Virus record (IMG/VR): IMGVR_UViG_3300033148_004975
Span: 1 to 52,560 of that record
Origin: a virus
Lineage: Duplodnaviria > Caudoviricetes
Length of the DNA stretch: 52,560 bases
Strand: one strand, 5' to 3'
The notes under the pieces were generated by a model that searched no databases, was not told where the DNA came from, and was given only the letters and a program-made list of their open reading frames with translations. This document shows, one piece after another, positions 27,901 through 38,123 of the stretch (the stretch's first letter is position 1; the number at the start of each line of letters is the position of its first letter). The position numbers were made by a program, and so were the translations under genes.

Positions 27901-28690
27901 TGTTAGAGATAAATCATGTGCATGTGCATGGGAAAAATCTTTACAAACATTATTTTATCGTGGATGTTCAATTAATACTCAATATGATGGCAAAAATCAT
28001 TTACCAAGCATTGATTCTACCATGATTATTACTATTGACGACCCATTATCTGAACCTATGCTACATAGGGAAATACCAGGTGGATTGGGTGATTTGCAAG
28101 AGTATGTAATGGAAGTATGTGATGGATTAAAAGATGGTTGGGTTGATAATAATGATGAAAATAAATGGCAATATACATATCATGGAAGATTGACAAATTA
28201 CGATGGTATTAATCAAATAGAAAAAATGATTAGATTGTTATGTAAGTTTCCATATACTAGAAGGGCACAAGCAATAACATGGAAAGTTGCTAGTGATCTT
28301 AATATAAATGACCCACCATGTTTACAATCAATATGGATGAGAATATATGAAGATAAATTATGTACTAATATACGAATTAGATCTAATGATGCGTTTAAAG
28401 CTGCAATGATGAATATTTTTGCTTTTACTATTTTGATTAAGAATATAGCGGAAGAAATTTCCTATAGAACTAAGAAAGATATTTCGGTTGGTAGGTTATG
28501 TTGGATGGCTGATAGTTATCATATTTATGGTAAAGATATTGATGAATTTAAAAATAGATTTCTTAAATTATTGTCATCCCGCCCTCTAAAACAAAGAGTA
28601 TTTAATTATAAAGATGTTAAAGATATTATGGAAGAATATAACAATGAAATATTAAATAAAATAAAATTATATAATGAAAGACGTATATAA
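27884..28690 (+). CDS. thyA: thymidylate synthase family protein (archaeal-like; dUMP-specific Asn)
   Basis: TRRAQ, DPPCLQ, RSND..AMMN, SYHIY. Confidence 0.85.
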   Translation: MIPILNVRDKSCACAWEKSLQTLFYRGCSINTQYDGKNHLPSIDSTMIITIDDPLSEPMLHREIPGGLGDLQEYVMEVCDGLKDGWVDNNDENKWQYTYHGRLTNYDGINQIEKMIRLLCKFPYTRRAQAITWKVASDLNINDPPCLQSIWMRIYEDKLCTNIRIRSNDAFKAAMMNIFAFTILIKNIAEEISYRTKKDISVGRLCWMADSYHIYGKDIDEFKNRFLKLLSSRPLKQRVFNYKDVKDIMEEYNNEILNKIKLYNERRI

Positions 28691-29190
28691 TGATATTAAC
28701 GTCTGATAATGTTCAGGAAAATTTAAATAAGATTAGGGAAATTTTTGATAATCACAATAAAGTTTTAGGTATTGGGAATTTATTATCTAAAAATAATGTA
28801 GAATATTATTTAAATATAGATAATAAAAAAATAGCAGAATTATCTACACATCAATGCATTGAGGCGGCTGTAATTTTATCTCGCTATTCAATATTTTTAC
28901 AACAACAATATAATAGGCTTAGTACTGTTATACAATTTTGTAACAATGAAATGCATCGTATTGTGTCTGAAGCAATTATTAATGAATTTGATCAATACAC
29001 TCCATATAAATATAGAAGGTTAGTTGCAATACAAAAGAATCCAATAGCTCAAGAATATTATAATATAATAAAAACATTGAAAATAAAATTAGGAAACATA
29101 TTTGGGCTTAAAGAAAAAATAGAAGAATTATCTATAAAATTTGAAAAATTAGCATATTTTAAAAAATATAATGAAGATGGAGACAAATAA
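28690..29190 (+). CDS. helical hypothetical protein (possible recombination mediator)
   Basis: Coiled-coil character; lies between recA/thyA and the helicase. Confidence 0.5.
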   Translation: MILTSDNVQENLNKIREIFDNHNKVLGIGNLLSKNNVEYYLNIDNKKIAELSTHQCIEAAVILSRYSIFLQQQYNRLSTVIQFCNNEMHRIVSEAIINEFDQYTPYKYRRLVAIQKNPIAQEYYNIIKTLKIKLGNIFGLKEKIEELSIKFEKLAYFKKYNEDGDK

Positions 29191-29810
29191 TGAAAATTCA
29201 TGAAATATTAAAATATGCCATAAATAATAATAACTGGGATATTTTGTGCGAAACATATAAATATTTAACAGGAGAAGAAATATCTCCACCTGAACCAGAA
29301 AATACAATAAGAATTATTGATGATGATATTCCTATTGTGTGCGAAGAAACACATAAAAATATAGAAAGAACTCAATTATCGCAAAATAAAAAACCTAAAC
29401 AAAAACAAAATAAATTACTAAAGAAAAAAAATCAAGAAAACAAAAGTAAAAGGGCAGAAAATCAACAATTAGATTCTTTTAAAAATAAATTTGAACAATT
29501 TAAAATGAAGCCTAAAAAGACAACAGTTGCAATTAATGAAGAAAACCGTAAATCAGTTAACAAATTTCGTGAAAGTGATATTTTCAATGCTTTCATTGAA
29601 GAAAGAATTGATATAAATAAGGATGATCCAACACTTGGTGTAAAGACAAAGAAAAAAAGAAAGCGTCGACCACCACCACAAAAAATAGATGTTGTTTGCT
29701 CATCATGTAAAAATACCTTTAAAGAATATGCTTATCTATTAGAAGGGCGAGATATAGAAACATGGAAATGTAATAGTTGTTGTATCAATATGGCCCGAAG
29801 TAGAAAGTAA
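29190..29810 (+). CDS. hypothetical basic protein with C-terminal Zn ribbon
   Basis: CSSC..CNSC. Confidence 0.65.
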   Translation: MKIHEILKYAINNNNWDILCETYKYLTGEEISPPEPENTIRIIDDDIPIVCEETHKNIERTQLSQNKKPKQKQNKLLKKKNQENKSKRAENQQLDSFKNKFEQFKMKPKKTTVAINEENRKSVNKFRESDIFNAFIEERIDINKDDPTLGVKTKKKRKRRPPPQKIDVVCSSCKNTFKEYAYLLEGRDIETWKCNSCCINMARSRK

Positions 29811-29815
29811 TTATT

Positions 29816-31273
29816 ATGGATAAACTTTGCGATACATCAGCAGAAAGATTTGTAATATCAGGAATATTAGAACATGGTGAAGATGCTTATTTAGATGTTG
29901 CAGATTTTTTACAAGTAGATACATTTACAAATATTGTTAATCAAAATATTTTTAAATGTATTAATTATGGTTTTAGATTTAAAAAGATTACAGAAATAGA
30001 TGTGCCAACTATACTTGGCATAGCATCTGAATTACATATTGATCTCAATACACCAGCCAATGTAAAATATCTATCTATATTAGCTAGTATCCATGTATCC
30101 TTATCAAATGTAAGAGTTTGGGCTGTTAAAATCCGCAAACTTCATATTGCTAGAATATTATTGGAACAAATTAAAGAATCGGAGCATGAAATTGAAAATA
30201 TTACTGGTGATGAATCAATATCTACAATATTAAGTATAATAGAAAATAGAGTTTTTAACTTTGCCTCCTTAATAGAAGGAATGAATGACGATCCAACGCT
30301 TTTGGGTGATGGATTAGATGAATATATTGAATATATCGAAAATAACCCCAACGCCTCTATAGGAATCTCTTCTGGTTTTCCCTATTATGATAAAGCGATA
30401 GGTGGCGGTTTTAGACGACAAATTATATCATTAATTTCTGCTAGAATAAAAACTGGTAAGACTATGTTTGCCACCAATGTTGCAATGCATGTGGCCAAAA
30501 ACCTAAACATTCCAGTTCTATATATTGATACAGAAATGATAAAGAAAGATCATTGGGCTAGATTATTGGCGAACTTATCATTTGAAAGTAAAGTATCAAT
30601 TAATGAAATCGAAACTGGAACATTTATTTATAATAAACATAAAAAAGAAGCAGTTAATAATTCAAAAGAAATATTAAAATCAATTCCAATATGGTATAAA
30701 AATGTTGCTGGTAAGGAATTTGAAGAGATTATTTCAATAATTAGGCGGTGGGTACACAAATATGTGGGTTTTGATGAATATGGTAATACAAAAGATTGTT
30801 TAATAATATATGATTATTTTCAATTAACTAATTCTGATAGATTATCTTCTACTTTGCAAGAATATCAGATGTTAGGTTTTATGTTAATAACATTGAAAAA
30901 CTTTGCTATTAGATATAATTTGCCAATATTATGTATGTCACAATCAAATAGAGAGGGCATAGATAGAGAAACAACATCTGTATTAGCTGGCTCAGATAGA
31001 ATATTATGGACTGTTGCCAATTATTCAATATGGAAAGAAAAAGACGCTAAAGATTTAGCAGAAATAGGCCCAGAACATGGATCAATGAAATTAGTACCAT
31101 TGTGTGCTAGACATGGAGAAGGTCTTGGGTATGGAGACTATATTAATTTCTTTTTCCACAAAAAGTATGCTAAAATAGTAGAAGGAGAAACTAAAGGTAA
31201 TATATTATTAGAACAAGAAAAACTCAATTCGCTACAAAAAGATTTTGCTAGCATAAATGATGAAACAAATTAA
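29816..31273 (+). CDS. dnaB: replicative DNA helicase
   Basis: SAERFVI, GISSGF, ARIKTGKT, IDTEM, IYDY, SQSNR, GSDRI. Confidence 0.92.
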   Translation: MDKLCDTSAERFVISGILEHGEDAYLDVADFLQVDTFTNIVNQNIFKCINYGFRFKKITEIDVPTILGIASELHIDLNTPANVKYLSILASIHVSLSNVRVWAVKIRKLHIARILLEQIKESEHEIENITGDESISTILSIIENRVFNFASLIEGMNDDPTLLGDGLDEYIEYIENNPNASIGISSGFPYYDKAIGGGFRRQIISLISARIKTGKTMFATNVAMHVAKNLNIPVLYIDTEMIKKDHWARLLANLSFESKVSINEIETGTFIYNKHKKEAVNNSKEILKSIPIWYKNVAGKEFEEIISIIRRWVHKYVGFDEYGNTKDCLIIYDYFQLTNSDRLSSTLQEYQMLGFMLITLKNFAIRYNLPILCMSQSNREGIDRETTSVLAGSDRILWTVANYSIWKEKDAKDLAEIGPEHGSMKLVPLCARHGEGLGYGDYINFFFHKKYAKIVEGETKGNILLEQEKLNSLQKDFASINDETN

Positions 31274-32321
31274 CAATGTTTATCTTCTCATTGATGATGC
31301 GTGTAATCAATTTGAAAAAATACTTGATTATTTTGACGTAGAGTATACATATTCTGTAGCTAGAGTATATGGCCCATGTCCAGTACATCATGGAGATAAT
31401 AATAAAGCATGGAATTTTTATCCAGATAACACTAAGGGGCCACGCGGAATATGGATGTGTTATACAAATAGATGCCACAATCAATATGGAAAATCTTTTA
31501 TTGGTTTATTGAGGGGGCTTTTAAGTAATAAATTTTGCAAGAATGTTAGTTTTAATGAAGCTGTTGAATGGCTGCAAGCTTTTATACAACACAAAATTAA
31601 ATATGATAAATTATTAATTGATAATAAAGATAATCAACAATTCATTAACTTATATTCTAATTTAAATAATAGCGATAATAACAAACACCATTACAGTAAT
31701 GATAAACAAAAATACTTAAGAAGTAATATTATTAAACATTTATCTATACCAGCACAATATTATATAAATAGAAAATATAAACCATATATATTACAAAAAT
31801 ATGATGTCGGTTTATATACACCACAATCAAGGGTAATCGTACCAATATATGATGATACACGTCAATTTGCTGTTGGTTTTACTAAGAGAGCTATCTATGA
31901 TAATCAAAAACCCAAATGGTTACATAGTAAAGGATTAAAAATAGATAGTCTTTTGTATAATTCTTGGTTTGCTCAAAAATATATAAAAAAGACTCATTCT
32001 GCTATTATTGTGGAAGGGCCAGGAGATGTTTGGAGATTAGAAGAAGCTGGCATACATAATAGTTTAGCTGTTTTTACAAATCGCATTAGTAATATGCAAA
32101 TATGTAAATTATTAAGTATGGGCGTTACAGATATTATAATTTTAATGGATAATGATGAGGCTGGCAAAAAGGGTAAACAAGAAGCTAAACAAAAATTATC
32201 ACCATTTATGAGATTACATTTTGTAGAAATAGATAAAAAAGACGTTGGTGAAATGAATGTTGAAGAAATAAATAGTATTCTTTATCCTTATTCAAATATT
32301 TTAAAGAGGGAGATATTATGA
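31257..32321 (+). CDS. dnaG: DNA primase
   Basis: CPVH..C..C Zn finger; VEGPGD and MDNDEAG TOPRIM motifs. Confidence 0.9.
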   Translation: MMKQINNVYLLIDDACNQFEKILDYFDVEYTYSVARVYGPCPVHHGDNNKAWNFYPDNTKGPRGIWMCYTNRCHNQYGKSFIGLLRGLLSNKFCKNVSFNEAVEWLQAFIQHKIKYDKLLIDNKDNQQFINLYSNLNNSDNNKHHYSNDKQKYLRSNIIKHLSIPAQYYINRKYKPYILQKYDVGLYTPQSRVIVPIYDDTRQFAVGFTKRAIYDNQKPKWLHSKGLKIDSLLYNSWFAQKYIKKTHSAIIVEGPGDVWRLEEAGIHNSLAVFTNRISNMQICKLLSMGVTDIIILMDNDEAGKKGKQEAKQKLSPFMRLHFVEIDKKDVGEMNVEEINSILYPYSNILKREIL

Positions 32322-33160
32322 AAATTTTAGGATTGGCTGGCAGAAAAGGTTCTGGTAAAACAACATCCGCCAATTACTTATTTGGTATGGCGATGAAAAA
32401 TATTGGACTTATTAATAAATTTTCTATTAATGACAAGGGCCAATTAGTTGTACCTATGCTTGATGAAACACAAACTAGAGAAGAAGATACAGTGATTGAT
32501 CCATTAACTCCAAATAGAGAAGCACAAGATTTTTTTGCTGAAAATGTTTGGCCCTTTTGTAAAATTTATGCTTTTGCAGATCCACTTAAGGCAATATGTT
32601 GTCAAATTTTAGGACTATCTCCTCAACAATGTTATGGCTCACAAGAAGATAAAAATACAAATACACATTTAAATTGGGAAGATATGCCATCTGTTATTGA
32701 TCCCAGAATGATGAAAGAATTTCATATTAATAGTGATGATTTGATAAAATTAAAATTAATTCAACATGATCCTGGTAAAATGACCGCTAGAGAAGTCATG
32801 CAATATGTTGGTACAGAAATATTTAGATCAATGTATAAAGATGTTTGGGTACATGCAACAATGAGAAAAATATCCATAGAATCACCACAAATTGCTGTTA
32901 TTTCTGATGTGAGATTTAAGAATGAATGTGAAGCCATTAAAAATGTTGGTGGTAAAATTATATTCTTTACCAGAAGTCCATATGAACGAGATAAACATCC
33001 TAGTGAAACATTATATGAAATGAATAGTCAGAAGAAGTCATCTATTGCAGATAATGAAAATTTATTTGATGCCGTCATTGATAATAAAGAATTATCTATT
33101 GATGAACAAAATCAACAACTTGAATCAATTATTAGTAATTGGGCTATTTCATTAAAATAA
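32318..33160 (+). CDS. deoxynucleoside monophosphate kinase
   Basis: GRKGSGKTT, FADPLK, REVMQYVGTE, SDVRFKNE, HPSE. Confidence 0.88.
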   Translation: MKILGLAGRKGSGKTTSANYLFGMAMKNIGLINKFSINDKGQLVVPMLDETQTREEDTVIDPLTPNREAQDFFAENVWPFCKIYAFADPLKAICCQILGLSPQQCYGSQEDKNTNTHLNWEDMPSVIDPRMMKEFHINSDDLIKLKLIQHDPGKMTAREVMQYVGTEIFRSMYKDVWVHATMRKISIESPQIAVISDVRFKNECEAIKNVGGKIIFFTRSPYERDKHPSETLYEMNSQKKSSIADNENLFDAVIDNKELSIDEQNQQLESIISNWAISLK

Positions 33161-33167
33161 ATAATAA

Positions 33168-34187
33168 TTGAGGAGCACTACTATTTATATTAACTTTTTA
33201 AGATCATCATCATATAATGATTGGTTTGCTTGCCAATTAAAATATTTTTTAATTTATGTTCTTGGATTCAAGGATATTTCAAATAAAAGCGCTGAAAAGG
33301 GCACAATATGCCATAAAGCTTTAGAATGTTTGGCAAATATTAAATTATCACATGATAAGGGCTTAAATAAATTTGAAGATAATGAAATTGGAACATTATA
33401 TGTTGACGATTTTTTAAATACAGATGAAAATATAAGTGATTTAGTAATCAAAATTTTTGATTATTACACATCGCCATCTAAAACTATTCACACATTTAAT
33501 GAAGCAGATTTAAAAGATTGCATAAAATGGACTAATATACCATTAAAATACGGTAATGGTATGTTTGATCCTAGATTGAGAAATATTGTTGAACCAGAAT
33601 TATTTTTTGATATTGAATTTGATAAAGAATGGGCAAAATATGATTATAATATTAATAACAATAAAGTGCGTGGAAATTTTTCTCTAAAAGGTACAGTAGA
33701 TCTTGTAACCAAAGAGGACGACAAAGTATATGAAGTTATAGATTGGAAAACTGGACGAAGAATCAATTGGTCAACATTTGAAAGTAAAACGTATGATAAG
33801 TTGTATTTCGATCCACAACTTAGAATTTATCATTATGCTCTATCTAAAATTATGGGTAATCATACCTTTATCATTACAATTTTTTACATTAAAGATGGTG
33901 GCCCTTTTAGTATGGTTTTCAATAATGGCAATATTGAACAGACAAAAAATATGTTAAAGAATGTATTTTTAGATATTAAGAATACAACAAAGCCAATCAG
34001 ACGTAAAGAAACTGTACAAAATAAAAGATTTTGTTCATTTTGCACATTTAATAAACAACAATATAAAGACACTGGAATGTCCATATGTGATTTTATTCAC
34101 AATGAATTTAAATCTAAAAGTATTGATACAATATGCGATAAATATTGTAATGGCGATTTTCAGCTTGGTAACTATGAAAGAGGATAA
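33168..34187 (+). CDS. PD-(D/E)xK exonuclease (Cas4/RecB-like, probable Fe-S)
   Basis: SSSY..C, GTICH, GTVDL, IDWKTG, QLRIY, CSFC..C. Confidence 0.85.
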   Translation: MRSTTIYINFLRSSSYNDWFACQLKYFLIYVLGFKDISNKSAEKGTICHKALECLANIKLSHDKGLNKFEDNEIGTLYVDDFLNTDENISDLVIKIFDYYTSPSKTIHTFNEADLKDCIKWTNIPLKYGNGMFDPRLRNIVEPELFFDIEFDKEWAKYDYNINNNKVRGNFSLKGTVDLVTKEDDKVYEVIDWKTGRRINWSTFESKTYDKLYFDPQLRIYHYALSKIMGNHTFIITIFYIKDGGPFSMVFNNGNIEQTKNMLKNVFLDIKNTTKPIRRKETVQNKRFCSFCTFNKQQYKDTGMSICDFIHNEFKSKSIDTICDKYCNGDFQLGNYERG

Positions 34188-34249
34188 TGTTGCTTATTTA
34201 ACAAAACGCCACCATCACAATATGGTTAATGTAAGGAAAGCACTAGACA

Positions 34250-34690
34250 ATGAGAGATATACAAAAATTAATATCCACTAAAATAGAAGGATTACGTAAA
34301 AAGTACTTTATAGCTGATATATTACACGGATATGCATATATTTTGTATGCAGTTGAAAAATTTAAAGAATATTTATTCGATGAAGATAATAGGCCGAATA
34401 ATTTTATAGAAGATAATAATAATATATTAGATTTATTAGTTAACATTATAGCAATAACAATATATAGTGCAGAACAAACCAAACTTATTCCCACCTACGA
34501 AGAATTAAGTAATAAAAAAGAAACAGATCATTCTATGCTATGTATATTATTATCACACATCAAAAATAATATTTCTAAAGAACCAAAACAACCACAAAAA
34601 AATGGTGATTATTACTTTGTATCATTTACAAAAGAACAATTAGATATAATATTTGATATATTAAAAAATATACAAGAAAAACAAGGATAA
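34250..34690 (+). CDS. hypothetical protein
   Basis: 146-aa ORF. Confidence 0.6.
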   Translation: MRDIQKLISTKIEGLRKKYFIADILHGYAYILYAVEKFKEYLFDEDNRPNNFIEDNNNILDLLVNIIAITIYSAEQTKLIPTYEELSNKKETDHSMLCILLSHIKNNISKEPKQPQKNGDYYFVSFTKEQLDIIFDILKNIQEKQG

Positions 34691-34693
34691 TCA

Positions 34694-36580
34694 ATGGCAT
34701 ATATACCGTTACATGTACATAGCGACAATTCTATCTTAGATGGCCTATCAAAAGTTAAAGAAATAGCTAAACGAGCATCTGATATAAACGTTGAAGCTTG
34801 TGCAATTACTGATCATGGTAATATTTCTGGAGCAGTGCAATTTATATCTGCTTGTAAAGATAATAATATCAAACCAATTATTGGCGTAGAAGCATATATA
34901 TGCAATGATGATCCCAAAATAAAGGATAAGAACAACAAATCCCTATCTCATTTGGTTCTTCTTGCCAAAAATATTAATGGATTTAGAAATTTATTAAAAA
35001 TTATTAACTTGGCAAATGATCCAGAACATTTTTATTATAAACCAAGATTATCTTTAGAATCATTAACAGAAGTTGATGTTAATGATTTAATCTGTATAGA
35101 TGGACATCTTGGCTCTCATTTGTCTACTTTTTTATTTGGAGAAAATAATTCTATAAATATTGATGCGGCAATACAATCAGTGAATTATAAAAAAGATATA
35201 TTTGGTAGTGAAAATTATTTTCTTGAATCACAATTAATTGACGTAGAAAACCTACCTATAACTAAACAATTAACTTCCATTGTTAGAGAAATTGGAAAGA
35301 AAACAAATACAAAAATTGTAGCCACACCAGACGCACATTATACAACGAAAGAAAGTGCCATTGATCAAAGGGTACTATTATGCATCAATATGAATAAACC
35401 AATTATTGATATTAATAGAAAGATCGTTAATGGTGATAATAATATACCATTATCTCAGTTCTTTAAATCATTCAATTACCATATTCCAACAGAAATAGAA
35501 ATGAAAGAAGTTGGACACACAGAAGAGGAACTTGCTAATTCTGTGTTAATTGCCAATATGTGTGAAATATATGATTTGAAGAATAAGCCAATTATTCCTC
35601 ATTTTGAATGCCCAAATAATCTAACTTCATCTGAATATCTAAAACAAGTTTGTAGAAAAGGATGGGTTAATAAAAGAGATAAAATAGAAAAAGTATTATC
35701 TAAGTTAAATATTGATAAAAATGTATACGGTGATAGATTTAGAGAAGAATTTAATACTTTAGAAGAGGCAAATTTACATGATTATTTTTTGGTTATCTAT
35801 GATATAGTTCAATTTGCACACAACAATAATATATATTCTGGTGCAGGCAGAGGTTCTGTTGGTGGATCTTTAATAGCATATTTAATGGATATAACAAAAG
35901 TAGATCCCATTGAACATGGCCTTATTTTTGGAAGATTTTATAATAAAGGAAGAAATACTGAAGATAGAGTATCATTACCAGATATTGATTTAGATTTTGA
36001 AATGTCGGGTAGAGAAACAATAATAGGTTATTTAAAAGAAAAATATGGTCATGATAATGTTGCACAAATGATTACGTTTAATAAAATGCAAGGAAGAGCA
36101 GCAATTAAAGATGTATTAAGAGTATGGGAAGCGTGTCCATTTAATGTAATGAATGAAATTACCGAATTTATACCTAATGAGGCGGAAATTGCAGATCAAC
36201 TTCAAGCGATGAAGGATGAAAATGATGATGATAGTGCTAGTATAATAAAATGGGCATTAATCAATCATAAAGGCGATCTAAAGGAATGGGCTGTATTAAA
36301 TGATGACGACACAATATCTGGACCGCTTGGCAAAAGATTTGAGCAGGCTATAAGATTGGAAGGCACAAAACGTAGCCATGGAAAACATGCTGCTGGAGTA
36401 GTTGCGGGAAATGAACCATTATATAATATATGTCCTATGATTTATGATACCGTAACAAAACAAAAAATATGCGGATGGGAAATGAATGATTTAGAATATG
36501 TTGGATTAACTAAATTTGATATTTTGGGACTTGCATTATTAGACAAAATACATGAAATAACTAATCTTTTAAAAGGATAA
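34694..36580 (+). CDS. dnaE: DNA polymerase III alpha, N-terminal half (PHP plus palm/thumb)
   Basis: LHVHSD, TDHG, DAHY, GRGSVGGS, PDIDLDF, KHAAGV, KFDILGL; ends 15 aa later. Confidence 0.93.
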   Translation: MAYIPLHVHSDNSILDGLSKVKEIAKRASDINVEACAITDHGNISGAVQFISACKDNNIKPIIGVEAYICNDDPKIKDKNNKSLSHLVLLAKNINGFRNLLKIINLANDPEHFYYKPRLSLESLTEVDVNDLICIDGHLGSHLSTFLFGENNSINIDAAIQSVNYKKDIFGSENYFLESQLIDVENLPITKQLTSIVREIGKKTNTKIVATPDAHYTTKESAIDQRVLLCINMNKPIIDINRKIVNGDNNIPLSQFFKSFNYHIPTEIEMKEVGHTEEELANSVLIANMCEIYDLKNKPIIPHFECPNNLTSSEYLKQVCRKGWVNKRDKIEKVLSKLNIDKNVYGDRFREEFNTLEEANLHDYFLVIYDIVQFAHNNNIYSGAGRGSVGGSLIAYLMDITKVDPIEHGLIFGRFYNKGRNTEDRVSLPDIDLDFEMSGRETIIGYLKEKYGHDNVAQMITFNKMQGRAAIKDVLRVWEACPFNVMNEITEFIPNEAEIADQLQAMKDENDDDSASIIKWALINHKGDLKEWAVLNDDDTISGPLGKRFEQAIRLEGTKRSHGKHAAGVVAGNEPLYNICPMIYDTVTKQKICGWEMNDLEYVGLTKFDILGLALLDKIHEITNLLKG

Positions 36581-36587
36581 AGAAAAA

Positions 36588-37271
36588 ATGGATAAAAGAT
36601 ATATTATTAGCTTAGACTTGGAAACAAGTTCTCTAGATACGAAAAACTGTGAAATATTAGAAATAGGTGCGATTGCCATCAATCCAATTAACTTTACTAT
36701 TGCTGATAAATTTTCTTCACTCGTTAAACCAGATAAGATGGATGAAATCAGTCAATCTGCATTAGATGTTAATAGAATATCTAAAGATGAATTAGAATCT
36801 GCACCAGTCTCAAAAGTCGTATTTGATATGTTTGGTGAATGGATAACAAAATTTAATTATAGTAATAATAATAACATTTTCAGTGCTCCTATATGTGCTG
36901 GATGGAATATAGTAAATTTTGATATGCCTATTTTAGATAGATATCTTAAAAAATATAATTTTTGGGATAATAAAAGAAATCAGAGAAAATTGTTAAGTCC
37001 ACTTATAATTATGGATGTTATGCATTATATGTGGTGGTTAACAAGAATAAATGATGATATTAAAAGTATAAGCATGGGAAATATGTTAAAATATATGGGC
37101 ATTAATAAAGAATTAATTGGTGATAAAGCACATAGAGCATTATGGGATGCAGAACAAACAGCTAATGTTATTATTAAAATACTAAAATTAGGTAGATTCC
37201 TTACAGAAAAGAAAGAAGATGGAAAAAGAAGACTAGAGTTAAAAAATTGTATGATTGATAATAATGCGTAA
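36588..37271 (+). CDS. dnaQ: DEDDh 3'-5' exonuclease (epsilon-like)
   Basis: DLETS, GWNIVNFD, HRALWD. Confidence 0.88.
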   Translation: MDKRYIISLDLETSSLDTKNCEILEIGAIAINPINFTIADKFSSLVKPDKMDEISQSALDVNRISKDELESAPVSKVVFDMFGEWITKFNYSNNNNIFSAPICAGWNIVNFDMPILDRYLKKYNFWDNKRNQRKLLSPLIIMDVMHYMWWLTRINDDIKSISMGNMLKYMGINKELIGDKAHRALWDAEQTANVIIKILKLGRFLTEKKEDGKRRLELKNCMIDNNA

Positions 37272-37812
37272 TTCACATATCGTCTTCAAAAATTCATATG
37301 ATTGTGGATTATCAACGGAAGAATTATTTAAAAGATGCCTTGCAAAATTAAATATATTTTCCAACATAAGAATAGCATCACAACACGATAATCATAATTT
37401 ACATATAGATATATGGGCTACTCTAAATAAATCCAACAAAGATAAATCTTTTAGCATAAAATCAATGAAAAGAATAAAGAGACATAAAAATCTTCAAGAT
37501 GAATATTTTATAGTTGAGTTAGCTAATAATGCACATAAAATTAATCCAGATGGTTGGCTTTTTGGTGGAGCGGCAGATTTTATCGCTTCTATGAGGCAAT
37601 CTTATTTTTTGGTGATGCTAATGTCGGATTTACAAAAATTTATTAGATCTTACATTCAACCAGACTTTAAAAAGAGGGCGATTAAATATAATAATCCTTC
37701 TCCATATATAGTGTATTATAGAAGAGAAAATATTAAAAGGCGTGATTATCTTATGTTAGTTCCATATAGTGATATAGAAAAATATCTTAAATGTATAAAA
37801 TTAAAATTTTGA
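37264..37812 (+). CDS. restriction-endonuclease-fold (PD-D/ExK-like) protein
   Basis: HIDIW..SIK..VEL..GWLFGGAADFIA pattern. Confidence 0.5.
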   Translation: MRNSHIVFKNSYDCGLSTEELFKRCLAKLNIFSNIRIASQHDNHNLHIDIWATLNKSNKDKSFSIKSMKRIKRHKNLQDEYFIVELANNAHKINPDGWLFGGAADFIASMRQSYFLVMLMSDLQKFIRSYIQPDFKKRAIKYNNPSPYIVYYRRENIKRRDYLMLVPYSDIEKYLKCIKLKF

Positions 37813-37836
37813 TAAATAGTCAATAAGGAGTATGTT

Positions 37837-38121
37837 ATGTTTATTAAGCATATCAGAAATATCAATGGACAACCATTTGCTACTGTTGCAGTAGGTGATA
37901 GTGGAATTGGTTTTGCGATTTGTAATGAAGATGATCAATTTTCTAAAAAGATTGGAAGAAAAATTGCAATATCTAGAGCAAACAACCCAAAATTCAATAT
38001 TAATGAATTTATAAATAGATGCCCTAAAAGATGTGTAAATTCTAAAAATGGCTATCTTCCATTGCGTAATATTATTGAAAAAGAAATTAACCATATTAAA
38101 CAAATATATATGCGTAATTAA
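37837..38121 (+). CDS. hypothetical phage protein
   Basis: AGGAG RBS; GFAIC..DQFSKKIGRKIA..RA. Confidence 0.7.
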   Translation: MFIKHIRNINGQPFATVAVGDSGIGFAICNEDDQFSKKIGRKIAISRANNPKFNINEFINRCPKRCVNSKNGYLPLRNIIEKEINHIKQIYMRN

Positions 38122-38123
38122 AA

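Noticed and set aside
33168-34187. CRISPR-Cas locus (Cas4-like nuclease)
   Set aside because: No repeat-spacer array or other cas genes seen; solo Cas4/RecB-like exonucleases are common in phage replication modules.
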